Source: an uncultured Chthonomonadaceae bacterium (GTDB lineage: Bacteria; Armatimonadota; Chthonomonadetes; Chthonomonadales; Chthonomonadaceae). Taken from it: a DNA stretch of 64,000 bases. The stretch is from contig CAWIEK010000048.1 in assembly GCA_963835065.1 (NCBI GenBank), forward strand, positions 64,001 to 128,000, read 5' to 3'. Made by a program: the position numbers and the translations under genes. Shown here piece after piece: positions 59,557 through 64,000 of the stretch; position 1 is the first letter of the stretch; the number at the start of each line of letters is the position of its first letter. The notes under the pieces are model-generated. The model was not told the origin of the DNA and did no database searches. It saw nothing but the letters and a program-made list of their open reading frames with translations.

Positions 59557-61161
59557 TTGTTGGCAGTTCGCGAACAAACGACAGCCATAACGAGCACGCC
59601 TTCGCCACCGTTCGCCCTGCGCCGAACAGCCAAAATCATCGCTCTGAGCGTGTTTCTCGCCATTGCCGTTTTGATCTGCTTTGCGCCGATTGAAACCGCC
59701 GTGCTGCGCTTGTTTTCCGATGACGCCTACTACTACATCGAAATCGCGCGGCGCATGGGCAACGGGCAGGGTTCCACCTGGGACGGCATTACGCAGACGA
59801 ACGGCTATCATCCCCTTTGGCTGCTGCTGCTGGTTCCGCTTGCGCCCCTGTTCAATACACTGCCCGAAGCCGGGGTGCGCGTGGTCTGCCTGCTTGACTT
59901 AGGGCTGCTCGGCGCGGCGGTGTGGACGGCGTACCGCAGCGTACAGCGCCTCGCGCCCCATTGCGCCTGGGTCGGTTTCCTGTACGTGTGGATGCTGGTC
60001 AGTTTCGCGTCGCTGTACGGCGTGGAAGCTCCGCTGCTCGCCCTGATTGCCGCCCTGCTTTTTGATAGGGTATTGCAAACCCGCGCGCCCCTGACGTATA
60101 AGCAGGCGGGATTGCTCGGCCTGCTGACCGGCCTGCTGTTTCTCGCGCGTATTGACAGCCTCCTGTACATCGTCGCGCTGGATGCCACGCTTGTGGCGCA
60201 AGCCTGGCGAACGCGCCGGGAACAGGCGGATAGAACGCCTCTCGCGCTTTGCCTGCTGCTGCAGGCGCTTGTCGTTGGCGGGTATTTCCTTTCCAACCTG
60301 CTGCTATTCCATCACCTGCTGACCATCAGCGCCACCATCAAAGCGGATCGGCGCGCGGGATTGAGTTTGATCTGGCTGCGCAATCCCCTGGCGATCACCG
60401 GCTTTCTCAGCGTTCCCACCGGATGGCTGGCGCTGCGCCAATGCCGCGTTTCATCCACGCGCGCTCTGTTGTGGTCTACCAGCCTGGGTTCCACGCTGTA
60501 CGCGCTTACCATGCTGGTCAGCGGCACACCGGAAACCCGGGTCTGGTACTTCACCCTGCCCGCGCTGTGCTTCGGCCTGCATGTCAGCGTGTTGGGCGAA
60601 AACCTGGCGGATAATCCCCGCGCATTGCGCCGGTTTCTGCATACGGGTTTTGTTCTTGCCATACTGGCCCTGCCCGTTACGCTGGTCGGCAAATTCGTCC
60701 TGAAAGTGGCGCGGCGCGAATACGACAACTTTGCCGCGCAGTACGTTTGCGCGCGGTGGGTCGCCCGAAATGCCCCGCCGGACGCCGTTTTTGCCCGCAC
60801 GGACTGCGGCTTGTTCGGCTATTTTGCCCGGCGTTCCGTACTGAACACGGACGGCCTGACGTCGGATTTTTCTTATCGCGCCGCGCTCAACGCTGATACG
60901 GTCAGCGAGTGGCTGCAAAAACACGGCTTGAATACGCTGGTATTCCCTGCCGACATGCAGCCGCAGCAGCGATTGGGCGAATCCTTTCTCCCGGTTGCGG
61001 CGTCTCCCAATCGGCAGGGGCATTACCCGGCTTTGTACGCTGTTGTGGTTCCCCTGCCCACTACCGAAGCCGCGCCGCCGTTTCGGTTATGGCGCGTCGT
61101 TACAGTTCGTGAAGGCTTGCCGCCCGCGCCAACCGTCAGCGCAGCCTCTTCCAACAAATGA
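59557..61161 (+). CDS. GT-C-like membrane protein
   Basis: DDAYYYIEIAR, TNGYHPLW, LARID, NTDGL. Confidence 0.8.
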   Translation: MLAVREQTTAITSTPSPPFALRRTAKIIALSVFLAIAVLICFAPIETAVLRLFSDDAYYYIEIARRMGNGQGSTWDGITQTNGYHPLWLLLLVPLAPLFNTLPEAGVRVVCLLDLGLLGAAVWTAYRSVQRLAPHCAWVGFLYVWMLVSFASLYGVEAPLLALIAALLFDRVLQTRAPLTYKQAGLLGLLTGLLFLARIDSLLYIVALDATLVAQAWRTRREQADRTPLALCLLLQALVVGGYFLSNLLLFHHLLTISATIKADRRAGLSLIWLRNPLAITGFLSVPTGWLALRQCRVSSTRALLWSTSLGSTLYALTMLVSGTPETRVWYFTLPALCFGLHVSVLGENLADNPRALRRFLHTGFVLAILALPVTLVGKFVLKVARREYDNFAAQYVCARWVARNAPPDAVFARTDCGLFGYFARRSVLNTDGLTSDFSYRAALNADTVSEWLQKHGLNTLVFPADMQPQQRLGESFLPVAASPNRQGHYPALYAVVVPLPTTEAAPPFRLWRVVTVREGLPPAPTVSAASSNK

Positions 61162-61180
61162 ATAACGTGACGCCCTCCAT

Positions 61181-61289
61181 GCGCTTTAGAGCCTCTCCCT
61201 ATAGGCCGGGTACTGAAAGTACCCGGCAGGAAAGTACAAGCGTCCGCAGGACGCAAATGCCGCGCCTATTGGGAGAGGCTCTAAAGCGC
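61181..61289. repeat. MITE-like inverted-repeat element with an internal hairpin
   Basis: 25-bp arms gcgctttagagcctctccctatagg / cctattgggagaggctctaaagcgc enclosing gccgggtactgaaagtacccggc. Confidence 0.75.
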
Positions 61290-61366
61290 TTCAGAGCATG
61301 AACATGCCGGATAGTCCGAACACCGAACACCTGAACACCGGCACTTTTGGATAGGTAAATAACATC

Positions 61367-62488
61367 ATGCGAGTCGGCATCAATTTGCTGTATCTGCTGC
61401 CCGGCGTCGTGGGCGGGACGCAAACATACGCGCAGGAACTTTTGCGCGCCCTGGCAAAACAGCGCGAGACGCACGAATACTTTTTGTTCGTCAACGAAGA
61501 ATCGCGCGATTTGCCGCTGCCGTCCGCGCCCAATTTTCAGCGCGTGATTTGCCCGGTTCGGGCGCACTCCCGTTCGGCGCGGTATCGGTACGAACAATTG
61601 GCGCTGCCGCATCAGCTGAAATCCTGCCATCTGGATGTCGTCCATTCGCTTGGCTATGTGGGGCCGCGCCGTTCCCCCTGCAAGCACGTCGTCACCATCC
61701 ACGACCTCAATTATCGCGCGTTTAAGGGAGCCATGCGCGCCGACAAGCGGGTTGTGCTGGGCTTCTTCGTGCGTCAAACCGCCCGCCATGCCGACCATAT
61801 CATCGCCGTGTCGCAGTTTTCCAAAGAACAGATCGTGCAGCATTTGCATATCCGCGCCGACAAAATTTCCGTTGTGCATGAGGCGGCCAAAACATCCGGC
61901 GAAACGTCAATGGAAGGGGAGTCACAGGCGATTTTAGAGGGCTACGGCGTAGGCAGTCCCTACATCACGGCCTTCAGCAGCCTGAGCCTGAACAAGAATA
62001 TGCCCCGGCTTTTAGCCGCCTTTGCCCAAGTTGCGCCCGAAGTGCCGCACCAACTGGTTCTCATCGGGCACGTTCCCCCCGAAGCGCATGTCGCCCGCGA
62101 TATAGAACGATTGGGACTGGCGGGGCGCGTGGTTTGCACGGGGTATGTGCCGGACGCCCATGTTCCCGTTCTGCTCAAAGGGGCCGAGTTGTTCGTGTTT
62201 CCTTCCTGGTACGAAGGGTTCGGCCTGCCCGCATTGGAAGCGCAGAGCGCGGGCGTTCCCGTCGCCTGCTCCAAAGAGGCGTCCCTGCCGGAAGTGGCGG
62301 GACAGGGCGCCATCTATTTCGATCCCTTTTCTATAGAGAACATCGCCCAATCCCTGCGCCAGTGCCTGAGCGACCCCGCCCTCCGCGCCCGCCTGCGCAA
62401 ACAGGGACTTGCCAACGCCCGCCGCTTTTCCTGGGAACAAACCGCTCTCGACACGCTGCAAGTGTATAGCCGTGTTATTGCGCATTAG
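61367..62488 (+). CDS. Glycosyltransferase family 4 (GT-B)
   Basis: VTIHDL, FVFPSWYEGFGLPALEA, FSWE. Confidence 0.95.
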   Translation: MRVGINLLYLLPGVVGGTQTYAQELLRALAKQRETHEYFLFVNEESRDLPLPSAPNFQRVICPVRAHSRSARYRYEQLALPHQLKSCHLDVVHSLGYVGPRRSPCKHVVTIHDLNYRAFKGAMRADKRVVLGFFVRQTARHADHIIAVSQFSKEQIVQHLHIRADKISVVHEAAKTSGETSMEGESQAILEGYGVGSPYITAFSSLSLNKNMPRLLAAFAQVAPEVPHQLVLIGHVPPEAHVARDIERLGLAGRVVCTGYVPDAHVPVLLKGAELFVFPSWYEGFGLPALEAQSAGVPVACSKEASLPEVAGQGAIYFDPFSIENIAQSLRQCLSDPALRARLRKQGLANARRFSWEQTALDTLQVYSRVIAH

Positions 62489-62609
62489 CGCCTGCTGCAT
62501 CCGACTGCGAACGCGCCTGCTCTAATCTGTACATCATTGGGCGTTCCTGTGCGGTGAGATATGGTATACTTGGCGAACAAAATACGCCTCTACAAATTGA
62601 GAATTGACA

Positions 62610-63608
62610 ATGAATGACCTTGAAACGGCTGCGTCACGCTCCCCTGCTCCCCGGTATTCCTTTCTGGATAGTTTTGCCCGCGCGACCATTCTTCTGATTG
62701 GCGATGTGATGCTGGATGAGTACGTGTGGGGCGATGTGCGCCGCATTTCTCCCGAAGCGCCCGTGCCCGTCGTGGAAGCGCGGGAGCGGAGTCACGTCCC
62801 CGGCGGCGCGGCCAATGTCGCCAACAATATCGCGCATTTGGGCGGGCATGTGCATCTGGGCGGCGTGGTCGGCCTGGATGACGCGGCGGCGCGTTTGCGC
62901 GGATTGCTGGAAGCCGTGAAGGTCAACACGCAGGGCTTGATTGCGGATGTTTCGCGTCCCACGACAACGAAACTGCGCATTGTCGCCCACAGTCAACAAT
63001 TGGTGCGCGTGGACTCGGAAAAGCGTCACGCGCTGGATGCGGCACAGGAAGGCGCGTTGTTGGCATGGGCGGATACGCAAATCGCTGCTGTCGGCGCGTG
63101 TGTGCTTTCCGATTACGGGAAGGGCGTTTTGTCGCCCAATCTGATTCGCGGCCTGATCGCTCTGGCGCAGCGCCATAAAAAGCCTGTCATTGTGGACCCC
63201 AAAGGCAGCGATTACGCGCGTTACGAGGGCGCAACCGTGATTACGCCTAACGTGCATGAGGCGGAACGGGCTACCAACATTGAAATCCAGTCTGAAGCGG
63301 ATGTGCAGACGGTCGGGGATAAACTTTTGGAGATGCTTCCGGGCAGCGCCTTATTGCTGACGCGGGGGGCGCAGGGCATGTCCCTGTTCATTGCGGGGCA
63401 AGCGCCCGTACATATTCCCACCGTGGGGCAAAGCGTGTACGACGTGACCGGCGCGGGCGATACGGTTCTCAGCGTCCTCGCGCTGGCAATGGCGGCAGGC
63501 GCGTCTTTGGAAGCCGGGGCAAGGCTGGCGAACCACGCGGCAGGTATCGTCGTCGGCAAACTCGGAACCGCGCCCGTCACGCTGGAAGAACTGAAACAGG
63601 CGGTGTAG
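62610..63608 (+). CDS. rfaE1: D-glycero-D-manno-heptose-7-phosphate kinase (HldE/RfaE domain I)
   Basis: GDVMLDEY, RISPEAPVPV, GGAANVA, SDYGKG, VDPK, DVTGAGDT. Confidence 0.93.
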   Translation: MNDLETAASRSPAPRYSFLDSFARATILLIGDVMLDEYVWGDVRRISPEAPVPVVEARERSHVPGGAANVANNIAHLGGHVHLGGVVGLDDAAARLRGLLEAVKVNTQGLIADVSRPTTTKLRIVAHSQQLVRVDSEKRHALDAAQEGALLAWADTQIAAVGACVLSDYGKGVLSPNLIRGLIALAQRHKKPVIVDPKGSDYARYEGATVITPNVHEAERATNIEIQSEADVQTVGDKLLEMLPGSALLLTRGAQGMSLFIAGQAPVHIPTVGQSVYDVTGAGDTVLSVLALAMAAGASLEAGARLANHAAGIVVGKLGTAPVTLEELKQAV

Positions 63609-63670
63609 GCATCAGGCATCAGGCGTATGGAGGCAGGGTTTTTCCTGGTGTCCGGGTGGTGAAAGAGAAT

Positions 63671-63907
63671 TCACGCGGGCACAAGCAGCACGTCAAGATT
63701 TTCGTTTTCCCTGAGTTCGTCTTCCACGACGGTCAGTTCGTCGTAGTAGCGATAGGTTCGCATCTCCGGCTGATTGGAGCGCACGGGAACGTACCACCAG
63801 GTAGATTCTTTGTGAATACGGCCATCCGCGACTTCAATTTTGACGTTATCGTACTCATGGTTTTGCAGATACTGCTTGACTAATTTGACGACTTGTTCTT
63901 CACTCAT
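63671..63907 (-). CDS. Hypothetical protein (78 aa), coupled to an upstream HEPN-like gene
   Basis: ATGAGTGA overlap with the upstream gene. Confidence 0.65.
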   Translation of the reverse strand: MSEEQVVKLVKQYLQNHEYDNVKIEVADGRIHKESTWWYVPVRSNQPEMRTYRYYDELTVVEDELRENENLDVLLVPA

Positions 63908-64000
63908 CTTCGATCTCCAGAATTTGCAGAACCCGGTTCATGTCACGCAACGCATTAATGGTGACACCCTCCCCAATAGTTACGAGAGGGCCATAATCCG
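63900..64000 (-). CDS. C-terminal end of a possible HEPN protein (runs off window)
   Basis: Translation (A)DYGPLVTIGEGVTINALRDMNRVLQILEIEDE*; the (A)DY resembles the HEPN RxxADY motif. Confidence 0.4.
   Translation of the reverse strand, partial: DYGPLVTIGEGVTINALRDMNRVLQILEIEDE

Overview
This is a GC-rich bacterial chromosomal window, tentatively Armatimonadota-like (a guess from gene content). Many genes, including essential rpoB, are split by single-base frameshifts, so most frameshifts are probably sequencing or assembly indels. From left to right it contains: the 5' part of rpoB; a HEPN-type gene pair; a methyltransferase; an RRM RNA-binding protein; a beta-propeller/phosphoesterase; a low-GC nuclease-NACHT-HEAT defence-like gene; oxidoreductases; a decayed AAA-ATPase pair; an uncharacterised OsmC/acyl-CoA dehydrogenase/PhnD-like/MetE-like operon; an accessory island (PEP-CTERM protein, C39-peptidase-Rhs toxin, toxin-antitoxin and toxin-immunity modules); sugar ABC genes; a transglutaminase-like gene interrupted by a 531-bp IS605-family mini-element; a SigB/SigF-type sigma factor fused to a degenerate GGDEF domain with an intact RxxD site; and a large surface-glycosylation cluster. 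The sigma-GGDEF fusion is the best candidate for an undescribed system, possibly a sigma factor that senses c-di-GMP directly. The window is also dense with 7-9 bp tandem repeats. These form long, sometimes nested, palindromes and have entered coding sequences in frame. All calls come from reading motifs by eye; no searches were run.
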